A stretch of DNA of 64,000 nt, taken from Lingula anatina. Its lineage: Eukaryota > Animalia > Brachiopoda. A program made the translations under genes and the position numbers. The notes under the pieces were generated by a model. The model was not told the DNA's origin and did no database searches. It was given only the letters and a program-made list of their open reading frames with translations. This document shows, piece by piece, positions 53,001 to 59,871 of this stretch (its first letter is position 1; each line of letters starts with the position of its first letter). The stretch lies in assembly GCA_051362555.1 (NCBI GenBank), contig CM120646.1, positions 8,866,001-8,930,000 of the forward strand, written 5' to 3'.

Positions 53001-56000
53001 GTTAAACAAGAAATGAAACGTTTAAGACAAGAAGCACAACTTGTAAAATCCGTATCATTTCTATACGAACAACCAGATGACCACTTTAAAATAATTCATT
53101 GGAATTGCCGTTCTCTTCACAAATACATAGAAGATATCAGAAAGAGTTATGATGTAGAGGAAGCAGATATATGTGCTTTCACAGAAACCAGATTTGCCTC
53201 TAAAGACTTAAATGCTAAATACCAAATAAAAGGTAAATATCTACACCGAAATGATAGTTCTCTCTATAGACAGCATGGTACTGCTATCTACAGTCGCCAT
53301 AGATATGCAAAGAATTTTCCAAAAAATTACAATTCCTCCGGCATTGAGATAACTGTAACACAATTGGAACAATTTCCTGCCTTTGTCATCATCACAATTT
53401 ACAGTCCTCCTCATGGTAAAATGCAAGTTCTTCTTGAGACATTGAAGAATATTATTGGGGCTATTGATAAGGCAAACAAATGCATTATTGTAGGTGACTT
53501 TAATGTAAACTGGCTCCATGAAAAAAATGCAAGTGCCCTCAGAAAAATGATGTGTCATGACCTTCTGTTTAAGCAGTGTGTCACAACTCCAACTACCATT
53601 TATGACTCGGCCTTAGATCTTGTCTTTACAAACTTTGATCATGCAGATCTTAAAATAACAGTTTTGCCTACTTATTTTGGTGATCACTTTCCAGTCTGTA
53701 TGTCATTTCCCAAAAATTGCCTTTAAATATATAGAGGAATTGCTCCAGAGTTTTTTCAAACCTTAGTACTTCCAACAACATCTGTTTAAGACACATACAT
53801 AGCTAAACACATATATTATGCAAAAGTTTCATAGAACAATACTACAAAGAAAGCACATTAACAAAACCATAAAAATTAAACCCTTCTTTTAAAAAAGTTA
53901 CATTTATTTCTACCAATTCATGTGGAGAAACAATGCCACACCCATTTAAGTTTTGAAGAGTCATAATCCAACATATCACTCAATTCATTTGAAAAGCAGT
54001 TGATATGACACATCATCAACCAACAAATTATTCCAGTATAAATATTTTCATATTTCCTTTATTAAGCTACACTTATTAACCCTTTCACAAGAAATAGTAA
54101 CTAGCACTTCATCAAATTGGCATTTCTAACTCTTAATTACCTGTCTTCATCTGTCTTCATTTTTTTTTGTAAGTTACAGTTAGTCATACATTTTCACACA
54201 TTATTGTACTTTTCTTCACTTTTATGAAATTATACATAATATATTGCTAAATATATATTTATAACTATCATATTTTAGACAGATGATGAAGGCAAGGACA
54301 TTATCATCGTATCAGATAGAGTTGTTGTTCAAGAAGAAATGTGTCTTATCACAAGTGACTTAAAGGATGACATGAAGATGGAGAAAAGCATGGCTGAATT
54401 GTTATTTGATACCATAAAAAGTTGGTAAGGTATATACATGTACTTAAATTTACATGTATCATCCTGACCTACCCTTATTCCTCATGCTCCTCATCAGTAA
54501 CAGAGTTTACCAACAATGCCATCACAGTTTGGAAATTAAGTGGACTATGAAGAAATATACTGTGTATTTAATGTCTCTAAACATAAAGAATTTGATGGCA
54601 CATAGTTTGTTAAAATAGTTCTGTTCAGAAGGTTAGTGTAAACATGTTAAATTTCAAGAGCAGTACTACTAATTTCATGCATTAAGTTATGAACAATTTG
54701 ATGTATAGCAGTTGTAAGATAGGGTAAGTTTTAGCCAGTTTGGAGACTAAATATGAGTAGATTTTTTTTATTAATAGAATCTTTATTTAGTGCTATTTTG
54801 TACTGTTACATTCAATAAGGTAACTTCATTAAGATTTCCAGTAAAAAATTCTTAATAATACAGTAAAGATGGCCAGCTACATCTGTGTGTTAAACTAAGG
54901 TATTTGATTGGTACAAATAGTTATTTATTTTCTAGTCGGTCAAAGAGTGTAATAAAAATGTGTCACAATTTGGATATAATAGGCCCATGAAGAAAATATG
55001 TTGTCTGTTTAACACATCTAAAATTAAAGAATTTGATGGCACATAGCTTGTTAAAATTGTTCTGTTGAGAAGTTTAGTGTAAACATGTTTTCTAATTTAA
55101 AGGATTGCACAACTAACCATTTGCACCAGGTTAAGTATATAAGTGTAGAAAATGAAGTTCTTTGTAAAATAGGAGTTTTAGCCAACTTACTAGACCCGTA
55201 CTATGATGATATAATTTAGTTTTTATTATTAGAACTCTGAACTTATTCTCCCCTTTGCACTGATACAATGTCTTGTTTAACAAAGTAACTTCATGAAAAT
55301 TTCCAGCATGATTTTTTTTATAATACAGTAAAGATCATCATCTTCATCTGTGGGTTAGACTAATGTCTTTAATTGGTGCAAAAATTGTTGATATCTTTCC
55401 TTCTTAAGAGTTTTGTAAGAAGTTTCAGGTCTTTTGTTTGTCTCAGTGTTTATGTAGTATTGTAAGTGAATAAAACTTGTGCAACAAGTCAGTTCTTTGT
55501 TCATGTGTCTCTTAGTTGTCTCCTACATCTGTCCATATCATCATCATCCAGCACTTTCATTGATAACATGTTAAGTGACAAACTTTTTTACCTTTTGTCT
55601 TTAAGCTTGCAAAAACGGTGAATATTCATTAAATACTGGACAACATCAAAAGTCAGTTTCATCAAGTTGTTTTTGTTAAAGAGAGGCATTTCTTGTGAAA
55701 TATTTCATTTTCCACATATTAAAGGCGTAACTTTGCAATTCCATATGCCTGAAGACCTTTGCTTTGTAAGTGTGAACTTGAACTCTCATGGGCCTGAAGC
55801 CTTATGCTTTTACTTTCATCGGTATTACATGTTGTGCATAATTAAAACTTGATGTTGACTTTGCACTGAAGTGTAATGTATTACTGCATCAGAATTAACA
55901 GTATCCTATTTTGGGCATGATTATTTTCTGCTTTTTGTCTGTACATTTGACAGCTTTGCTGCCTTGTTTTTTTTGTCAGTACTTTTGACAGCTTTGCTGC

Positions 56001-56338
56001 CTTGTTCCTGAGTAATGTCTGAACATTTGTCAGCTTTGCTGCCTTGTTTCCTGTATTGTGTCTGCATATTTGCCAGCTTTGGTAGTTTTTTTTTTTTTTT
56101 TTTTTTTTTTACCATACAAATGCTCTTACTCCAGCTGGTGGTACAATACTCAGAGGCAGTATCGCCTTTCTGATCCTTTAGTTTTGTATTATTTAAGACC
56201 ACATCTTGTTTGATATAAATGAGTAAGTGAATTCATTGTAGCAGTGGATCCTTATCCAGGAACGGGATCAAGAGAAGGGAGGCATCAAAGCCAAGATCAG
56301 AGAGGAGCAGTAGTTATAGCATTTCCTCCTCATCCTGA
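4393..56338 (+). CDS. PPIG: Peptidyl-prolyl cis-trans isomerase G / NKTR-like SR-cyclophilin gene, 5'-truncated, spliced
   Basis: Phase-compatible GT-AG exons: 4393-4500, 9825-9869, 12048-12135, 17575-17604, 20643-20788, 28351-28513, 29474-29590, 30253-30355, 30662-30975, 32438-32482, (32758-33355/33363), 34679-34729, 56242-56338. They give a cyclophilin domain with PHLDG, the PPIG/NKTR motifs [18 protein letters not shown] and TPPHW, and an RS tail. Confidence 0.9.
4512..5005 (+). mobile_element. Helentron-derived non-autonomous fragment (family B) with ~150-bp tandem units
   Basis: About three AAGTGGAAAAC...CAGGTCAAGTTC...CAGCATATATGCAACA units, shared with copies at 6752, 10667, 18376 and 35500. 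Confidence 0.7.
5968..6430 (+). mobile_element. hAT transposase remnant (ZNF862-like TTF Zn finger plus start of catalytic domain)
   Basis: Frameshifted reading gives [45 protein letters not shown] and [13 protein letters not shown]. Confidence 0.7.
6752..8307 (+). mobile_element. Non-autonomous Helentron (HINE/DINE-like) mosaic: family-B 5' end with family-A 3' end
   Basis: 5' hairpin TGTACAGACA-cagatg-TGTCTGTACA, (GTC)n microsatellite, ~150-bp units, a second 5' hairpin at 7337, and 3' GAGGCaatatcGCCTC hairpin ending CTAGTT. Confidence 0.75.
9309..9668 (-). mobile_element. Decayed inverted copy of the MITE at 21765-22432
   Basis: Starts CACCCTGAGCTT; 9565-9665 is the reverse complement of about 21830-21930. 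Confidence 0.55.
9825..9869 (+). CDS. PPIG: PPIG exon ([15 protein letters not shown])
   Basis: ttttag acceptor, GTAATA donor; canonical cyclophilin motif. Confidence 0.95.
10667..11851 (+). mobile_element. Non-autonomous Helentron mosaic (family-B 5' end, family-A 3' end)
   Basis: TTATGTACAGACACAGATG start, ~150-bp units, and GCTGGTGGCACAATA...GAGGCagtatcGCCTC end. Confidence 0.72.
12048..12135 (+). CDS. PPIG: PPIG exon ([29 protein letters not shown])
   Basis: ttttcag acceptor, GTGAGT donor. Confidence 0.95.
13359..15752. mobile_element. PIF/Harbinger-like non-autonomous element nested in Helentron copy 1
   Basis: TIRs GCCCCGTATGCACAAAA / TTTTGTGCATGCGGGGC with CTG on both flanks (3-bp CWG TSD); absent at the homologous site of copy 2. 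Confidence 0.75.
15880..17140. repeat. 146-bp tandem satellite inside Helentron copy 1 (~8 diverged units)
   Basis: Unit CTCCAAAACTGGCAGAGATAGGTCCATAGTTACTATTGAACTTGAATAGGAAGTC...TGACCTTTGACCTAC. Confidence 0.92.
17575..17604 (+). CDS. PPIG: PPIG 30-nt exon ([10 protein letters not shown])
   Basis: caatag acceptor, GTAAGT donor; His at the CypA W121 position, as in PPIG/NKTR. Confidence 0.93.
18376..20190 (+). mobile_element. Non-autonomous Helentron, family B
   Basis: Perfect 5' hairpin TGTACAGACA/TGTCTGTACA, ~150-bp units, body shared with 7560-7900, 8310-8830 and 36600-37290. Confidence 0.75.
20643..20788 (+). CDS. PPIG: PPIG exon ([15 protein letters not shown]...[14 protein letters not shown])
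   Basis: tgtag acceptor, GTAAGA donor; end of the cyclophilin domain. Confidence 0.95.
21765..22432. mobile_element. MITE with ~77-bp TIRs and 8-bp TSD (hAT- or P-superfamily)
   Basis: CACCCTGAGCTTCAGAGC... / ...GCTCTGAAGCTCAGGGTG; GCGAAGTT at both 21757-21764 and 22433-22440. Confidence 0.9.
22969..25756 (+). mobile_element. Non-autonomous Helentron, family A, copy 2 (young)
   Basis: Perfect subTIRs TATTGTACCACCAGC / GCTGGTGGTACAATA, 5' and 3' hairpins, (CCGGCTCCG)n, homogeneous satellite, CTAG end; inserted in a T-run of the DIRS element. Confidence 0.92.
23980..25550. repeat. 146-bp tandem satellite (~11 near-identical units)
   Basis: Units recur at a 146-bp period; they explain the repeated minus-strand pseudo-ORFs. 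Confidence 0.95.
26760..27560 (+). pseudogene. DIRS tyrosine recombinase remnant
   Basis: [79 protein letters not shown] and AGWS, broken by stops and frameshifts. Confidence 0.85.
28351..28513 (+). CDS. PPIG: PPIG exon, Ser/Glu- and Lys-rich segment
   Basis: cttgtag acceptor, GTAAGT donor; open in the expected phase ([13 protein letters not shown]...[13 protein letters not shown]). Confidence 0.88.
29474..29590 (+). CDS. PPIG: PPIG exon ([19 protein letters not shown])
   Basis: catcag acceptor, GTAATA donor; conserved PPIG/NKTR motif. Confidence 0.9.
29906..30112. repeat. Two-copy ~104-bp tandem duplication
   Basis: AAAAAAATATACAATGTATGTAG...CTGCAGTxCATAATTT occurs twice, nearly identical. 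Confidence 0.85.
30253..30355 (+). CDS. PPIG: PPIG exon (…[14 protein letters not shown])
   Basis: ctgtag acceptor, GTAGGT donor; conserved SGRKIKGRG. Confidence 0.9.
30662..30975 (+). CDS. PPIG: PPIG exon ([22 protein letters not shown]…)
   Basis: ttttaag acceptor; conserved TPPHW. The donor GTGTCT at 30976 is weak but phase-compatible. Confidence 0.85.
32438..32482 (+). CDS. PPIG: PPIG exon ([14 protein letters not shown])
   Basis: tttctag acceptor, GTAAGC donor; phase 2-2. Confidence 0.85.
32758..33355 (+). CDS. PPIG: PPIG RS-domain exon ending in TAG
   Basis: gtctcag acceptor in phase 2; about 13 copies of [13 protein letters not shown]; stop at 33353-33355. Confidence 0.8.
32815..33310 (+). 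repeat. 39-bp coding minisatellite (13-aa RS repeat)
   Basis: AGATCTAGGTCAAGGAAGTCGAGGTCACCTTCAGAAGAG unit with a 39-bp period. Confidence 0.9.
34679..34729 (+). CDS. PPIG: PPIG exon ([16 protein letters not shown])
   Basis: ttttgcag acceptor, GTTTGT donor; open only in phase 2; R/S-rich. Confidence 0.7.
38100..40520. repeat. Diverged two-copy tandem duplication (~38100-39400 and ~39520-40520)
   Basis: Shared blocks such as TCTTCCTCTGTTTCTTCCAGCT...AATGTAAGTA and TATAGCATTTACAGAGTATGAGGGT. Confidence 0.8.
41400..43265 (-). mobile_element. 5'-truncated, decayed non-LTR retrotransposon (LINE ORF2: RT plus C-terminal Zn knuckle; RTE-X/CR1-group-like)
   Basis: [26 protein letters not shown] and YADD, then [13 protein letters not shown] and CQIC...[10 protein letters not shown] in the same frame. 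In-frame stops at 42207, 41805 and about 41680. Confidence 0.92.
45444..53726 (+). CDS. Helentron RepHel transposase, 2760 aa: repeats - Zn finger - OTU protease - HUH Rep - Pif1 helicase - APE endonuclease
   Basis: Zn finger CCVC...CQTC (47397-47535). [25 protein letters not shown] (48753-49145). Rep [15 protein letters not shown] (50070) and YIVNYISK. Helicase GGAGVGKS (51711), APTGKAA, DEVSM, GDLFQL, TIHRCQG, YVALSRV. Endonuclease WNCRSL, TET, GDFN, LDLVF, GDH (53090-53726). Confidence 0.96.
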   Translation: MPRLKKQSLTTRRALQKKKTKESRQRVAEANRPLTVSASAATPTSVGTVLSVATSVATPTSVGTVLSVATSVATPTSVGTVLPVATSVATPTSVGTELTEFTELTEFTENTEFTEITETTEITIDSDDTVHAAHKDATVDTDVTDATVDTAVTDATVDKDVTVDTAYPEMPVSLSATIAADPSSKFMKYSDPIAPSDMSALLIKSKMPVNPKLSAVPHKLKKKSVPSEIPKNDPNIMILKTSLKPSEKKVHVRKLDTRFRKNSKTGLIDKDANSFQYRKVPLTKHTGNSITSDSISSFFDKTNLHKPHMKMLHDEMKKQLKWTEDKQQSKTDTVRKTLLDSSLMESSGTDRNVLKRKKNKIRMRLLRSDPKYRKTEQESQRLKRSHSDVKSNILKQKQLKRSDPHYRETEQEAQRLKRSQFHMKTNILKHKQLKRSDPDYKCTEKNQKRLKRTDPKYRENEQEAQRLKRSQSAVKNNIVKHKQLKRSAPHYRKTEQEAQRLKRSQSDVKANIVKHKQLKRSDPQYRKTEQEAQRLKRSQSDVKANIVKHKQLKRSDPQYRKTEQENQRQKRSQSDVKNKILKHKRLKRSNPDYKVTEKYHKRFKRSDPNFRICERKSDAVSKRNKRQKINTSLQELIQQFHKKVAEGCTYTCCVCQQLWYRHSVINREPILNIQNNAVNQCREAGDLFNSNWMCQTCASHLKKNKIPPCAIVNSMSFPEKPSFLDLKPLEWRLTSPRLVFMKLHQAPRGKQYKLEGNVVNIPADVTSTVTKLPRTETDSSTIKVQLKRNVKFKSYAYAQNVRPNKVLEAANWLTANGKLYQEKGITVDPTWKLEDNPCSSSTLEQTEKGHTTVNNLNEEQIHNLLKEFVCVECPSDCRNIQFSEEGHLMDQDGDFADEFFVILDKPYKYDPSVNVDKFVATIQSERKINGTSQHPHVLEVPAFKSQTRGRSRYRMKTNRIRDSSRVGIEKLLAYKRHHVLRKYKHLKLSYYGLFKRKKQGKTWYSRYFRTVKKIRHRVRYVSHLQKELSYIQQRHLLPQFCESENEVQHIQTDDTLFYFMPVDALWQEKMTDELNLQLKRPHNWPDTNHNILLTKPSQLKKVIGDGNCFFRSLSFAITGCDTLYSDDHIILRNRITSHMKQLEYAFSSSMLGDNDRTSANYVRRTGMNNVNVWGTETEILAAAHLLQTDIYVYCKPASSWKWLKYSAKFLDQNNHSHETAIYLQNTNSDHYDVVQNVCDLSLPANGISKNLLQKEEVTRANSGRDKYSQSNDTEDWDEIDDKEMKPGIRDTMLTGRDFLEDTEREKIYSFAPGQEGQPLSIFRDEHCEELAFPEIFLGNARPANKSRLVPVHYSDICKSELRRNDRRASMCVDNIFFKAKKLQMKRLIGSTALAVRKHKTNGKKLTAGDFKQSGAVEKLLHFDEGYTFLRGVRGSPPYFEKAKKDLFAMIRQLGSATFFCSFSSAETKWNHLLRTLGKLVDNKDYSDAQLEQLSWDERCRLIQSDPITCARHFDYQVQCLIHHFLCHKVAPLGKIQDFFYRVEFQHRGSPHIHMLLWIENAPIYGVNSNEEIIQFVDNTICCSNPNEDDPLKELVSYQTHKHTRTCIKNLKKSCRFHFPQPPMKQSVILTPLDDASQKKEYAKIWKQIHNIINDRDFTGISLTFEDFLNKVQVSEKDYILAVRSTIKTDTLFLKRLPSEIWINNYSRSCLQAWRANMDIQFVLDIYACATYIVNYISKGQRGMSDLLYQACKEAREGNSDIKQQVRHIGNKFLNNVEISAQEAAYITLQLPMRRASRSFVFINTTPPEDRVRLLKPLEEIKELEDESDNIESSNLLKRYSKRLPSLDNVSLADFAAYYDNNLNVMSRSKKKSSRLLDTDGMPLEKHDLDNYEDDIQDIPHETDIIKRKKAKIIRSVWFSKSLYPEKHYRELLMLYIPWRNEESDILQNFESYEQRCTHLENEIWEQQRLYSPSQDELQRAMTDLNNMDSEDDDMWATVAPNTECQNEADQCEPSDVVQSSDGLSYDLAEDLGIHVSAKSCTEEEIVNKEMSDISYFQMIRNMNKQQLEFFHHVLHLIKSNSDPFHIFLSGGAGVGKSFVTRALYQGILKHLSSLPGEDFRTIRVALVAPTGKAAYNIGGHTIHSLLKIPANQSFKYKRLSPDVLNSFRCKLGSLKVLFIDEVSMVGSKMLSFINERLKELKNNDRLFGGVSIVAIGDLFQLKPVFDNWIFENPDNDYCPLATNLWQKHFYMYELTQIMRQKDSKEFAEILNRLREGNHTDKDIKILSERQVDKSKTNRQPLLHVFQTNALVEHFNHANYQNAKGEKFQIAATDTITGPVPKHLENNIRKQIPFDHKKTMNLRRILHIAVGERTEIVLNVDTEDGITNGAPSVIKLVDLDRQIIWVQFDAEDIGKNARRMNKPLYSSIISKTWTPIFPVKRQFHLGKTGQYQVVRKQFPLQLSAAKTIHRCQGDTLKELAVDLSGRKNEHMHYVALSRVEKLEGLHILELNAGKICISEKVKQEMKRLRQEAQLVKSVSFLYEQPDDHFKIIHWNCRSLHKYIEDIRKSYDVEEADICAFTETRFASKDLNAKYQIKGKYLHRNDSSLYRQHGTAIYSRHRYAKNFPKNYNSSGIEITVTQLEQFPAFVIITIYSPPHGKMQVLLETLKNIIGAIDKANKCIIVGDFNVNWLHEKNASALRKMMCHDLLFKQCVTTPTTIYDSALDLVFTNFDHADLKITVLPTYFGDHFPVCMSFPKNCL
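45553..45731 (+). repeat. 48-bp coding tandem repeat ([16 protein letters not shown]) built from short hairpins
   Basis: GCCACGCCCAC at 45564, 45612, 45660 and 45708. Confidence 0.9.
46530..47275 (+). repeat. Basic ~40-aa (120-bp) coding repeats, [25 protein letters not shown]
   Basis: About six units visible in both DNA and protein. Confidence 0.9.
54545..55385. repeat. Diverged two-copy ~430-bp tandem duplication
   Basis: AAAGAATTTGATGGCACATAGxTTGTTAAAAT and TAATACAGTAAAGAT...CATCTGTG each occur twice in the same order. Confidence 0.7.
56242..56338 (+). CDS. PPIG: PPIG terminal coding exon ([32 protein letters not shown])
   Basis: cattgtag acceptor in phase 2 continuing 34729; R/S-rich; AATAAA downstream at 56776. 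Confidence 0.7.
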
Positions 56339-58520
56339 GAACAAGAGTGCTTGCTTGAAGATAACCATGAGGACTATTGCTTCAGATTAAACACAAAAAT
56401 CAATCTTAAAACTTATTTTGAAGATTCTTCACTGCTTTTGTCATACACACCCTAGTATTACACGTTTTGTGTATTTATTGTTCTTCATTTTTGTCGTGGA
56501 TTATGAAATGACTGATTTAGTAACAATTCCATTGCCTTAGAGGCATGTAACAAGTGTTCATTAGATACATTTGTGCAGGAAGTGACAAATTGGGCATTTT
56601 AATATATAATCTTTTTCCTGTATATTTTTATATCAATTTAACAGTTGTCTTAAAGTCCTTTAATATTCAATTCACTAGTTATAGACCGTTTCTGTATGGG
56701 GAAAGAGAGATATAAATAGAGCACAATTTGTTCTTCTCTAGAGTTCATGAAATATTGATGCCTGTAGGTGGTTGAAATAAAAGAACGTGAATATATTTAT
56801 ATTATTATTTGTATTATATTTGTATTATATTAGGTCTTGCTTTGTCATAATGTCATAGTTGAAAGACAGTGTATCATTTAACTTTCAAGTTGTAAAGTGC
56901 TTCATTTTTTAAATGACCCTAATTTGCAGTTTTGCCATCTGCATATTTTATAACAGTAAGACCGTATTCCCATTTGTATTCCTCATGATAATGTGTTCAC
57001 AAATAAGTGATCCTAAACCATTTACAAGATTTAGAGGAAAATAAGATTGTTCCATGTTAACTGTTAACTTTGTCAATTTTACTGTCAGCATGTACATGTG
57101 CTCCACATCAACAAATAAATACAGCTGCAATTGATATGAATTACAATTTTCTTGAAGGATAGGGAATTCTAAATGGCATAACATTCTGGTCTCAAAACCA
57201 AGGGTGACAGGATATGAAATCTTGAGAGAAAAGCTGATTTTTAAAAATTTATTAATACCTGACTGTTGAAGCTTCAACATGATGGACCCCATGGAAGCTT
57301 ATAAAAGATTCAGTCACTTGGTATGTCTGGTAGAAAAAACTTGTGGTAAATTTTCATGTAAAGAATGCTATAAATATATAACATTATTTCATGAGACTAA
57401 AAAAATTTACTGTTGAACATTTTATAAAGGCATGTATTATTATGCATACAATTTCAAAAATAAACATTTCATATATTATTTGATATTTTCTGATGAAAAT
57501 ACATCTGTGTAGTCTTTTGTTAATAATCATAAGTGGAAATGTTTCATTCTGTACACAAAATGAAAAAGCAGAAACGAAGCATTAGGTCACACAGTGACCC
57601 TGCTTAGTGTGTATTATGAGACTGAACACTCCTCACCAATAAATCACTATTTGTATCAGTCCATTATAACAGCTGTGCTTCATTTATTGAACGGTTTTTG
57701 ACATTTCGTTGGTGTCAAACACTTCAAATATCAGTATTTGTAATTGTCATATACCTTTTAAATTAAAAAAAATCTTGATTAGCATCACAATGAAATAAAA
57801 TTACATTATGTACCTGTATAATTGTGTAATGACGTCTTTACTTTGTACGGCAATCGAACTTTTAGTACAGTTTGAGACTAAAATTGTACTCCCAGACACG
57901 CAAATATTGCGTTGTGTTTGCTAAGGCTTCGAGTTAGCAAGTGGGTGCAATAGCCACCGCAAATAGCAATCAATCGTTATGCTTGAGTGTGGTGGCAATT
58001 CGCGATGCTTACGTGTTAAAGAGCCCATGATGTTGTTATCAAAGAAACTAGAGCTGTATCAATGTGCAACTCATACTGTTAAATGGCTTGGCTCAGATCT
58101 CACTGCCAGAAACCACAAACTATATTTAGAAATTTATCTGATCCTATGCCCATCATCTGTGGTGTGTCTGGAGGATCCATCCTAGGTAAACTCGTGCTCA
58201 TTGTCTTGATAAATGATCTCCCATTCAAACAACTTCTGAACAAAATCAAAAACTAAACTGTGATATGAAATACAATATAAATAAAAATGGTCACCAATGT
58301 CAAAAAAAGTTTTATTACTACGAAATAAAAACATGAACATTTACCTGAGAACAGTAAGAAGCTATTAGTGATTTTTTATCTTATGAGCTCTGAAAAGACC
58401 TAGGGGATAGCACAGTATGTCAGGCACAGGGGTACGTCCCTACTAATCGGGTGACCGAGTTTCGTTAGTATCATGTGAAAGCACGGTGTCCTTTCTGTGT
58501 CCTGTAATACGCCCCCATTT

Positions 58521-58809
58521 CAGGCCTACCAAACTACCAGACTCGGCACCGAATGATCCTGAATTCACCGGTAGATCGATCAGATCGCATTAAACAGTAT
58601 CAGACGCTACACCGCTCTTGCCTAGTACGCGATGTCATAGTGACGATTCTCAGCGGGGTTGAAAAACATTGCATCACCACTCAAAATTTGTTCAGGGTAT
58701 GATACTGTGTAATGCGATCTGACACACACCTTGAAAACGGGTAGTGTGGTCTGATCTACCGGTGAATTCGGGATCATTCGGTGCCGAGTCTGGTAGTTGG
58801 GTAGGCCTG
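58521..58809. mobile_element. MITE with ~57-bp TIRs
   Basis: CAGGCCTACCAAACTACCAGACTCGGCACCGAATGATCC... and its reverse complement; CATTT on both flanks. Confidence 0.85.
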
Positions 58810-59459
58810 CATTTGAGAGTAAAAAAAAATTACATGCCGACAACAAGCCGCTGATTGGGAATTTATTTTGCAACCAAAGCGATGCATGTGCCTCCTTTCT
58901 GTGACCACACGTTGCCAGGATACAGAAAGAAAACCATCCAGTATAAAGGAGGTTTTCGACAGAAGTCAGATTATGTGTGGTTGCACTTTTGAAAATCAGC
59001 TCTCTTTGTGTTATTGCTCTTTATATAACAACCTGTTGCTTAAATGACTACATCTATTACGATGTGGATAGGGGGAAGAAAAACATCCATGATACGAAAA
59101 TCGCAAAAGAAGGAGCAATGATTTTTGTATCATTATGCAGCTGAAGGATAATTCTAAAGAAATCAGTAAAGTAAGTTTTGTAATATTGCATGACCTATAA
59201 TTAAATGAGGTAAAATTTGAGGCGTTTTTTGAAAAAATAAAGATTTTTTTAAATGTAAGTCAAGATTAATAGTAAATGGTTATGCCTGATAACTTCTGCC
59301 CTCATAAAAGGTATTTGGTGAGATTTTATTATTCATATCTAGCAAACATTTTAAATGGTGAGCATTTTCTTCCCCATTCCCCATTATTCATAAATTGAAG
59401 CAAACACCCCCTGCGGCATTTTTTTTTTTTTTTTTTTTTTTTTTTGGGGGGGGGGGGGG

Positions 59460-59800
59460 GCGGACAAAATCAGGCATAAACATGGGAAACAGGTTCCAGT
59501 GAATGGGCACCTAGAATCCTGTGCTACAGTAAAAATTCAAATTTCCCCTTCTATCACAATTATTGAGGTGTAGAAGCTAATAGTAGGACTTGAGAAGAAC
59601 AATTTATTAAAATATTTGAGTCAAAATTGAATGTGATGTAAGTGCACTCAATCTTATTATTTATCCAAATGTGATTGTCAATTAAGTCACAACTATGACA
59701 TGACAATTCACAGCTATGATGTCATAATCACATCCAAATAAACCCTGAAGAGGCCCAGTAGGGCCGAAAGATCTCGCAACAAATTTTCAGTGTTTTTTCT
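59460..59800 (+). mobile_element. Penelope-like element 3' remnant (end of GIY-YIG region plus pLTR/UTR)
   Basis: Decayed QVPVNGHLESCA...FPFY...EEQFIKIFESKLN followed by a hammerhead core. Confidence 0.6.
59741..59780 (+). ncRNA. Minimal type-I hammerhead ribozyme motif
   Basis: CTGAAGA - GGCCC agta GGGCC - GAAA - GATC TC. Stem III is the palindrome AGATCT; stem I is poorly paired. Confidence 0.6.
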
Positions 59801-59871
59801 ATAAATATAAATTACTACACACAAAAGGAATTTTAAAAATTCAACTATATATATATATATTTATATACACA

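Larger units (their letters stand above)
34848..56183 (+). mobile_element. Giant (~21.3 kb) putatively autonomous Helentron in the last PPIG intron
   Basis: 34848-35380 is homologous to the family-A 5' end. 56130-56183 has the family-A 3' subTIR and hairpin (GCTGGTGGTACAATA...GAGGCAGTATCGCCTT...TTAGTTTT). The Rep-helicase-endonuclease ORF lies between them. Confidence 0.72.

Noticed and set aside
45440-53558. Short minus-strand ORFs opposite the RepHel ORF
   Set aside because: Antisense shadows with no recognisable motifs.
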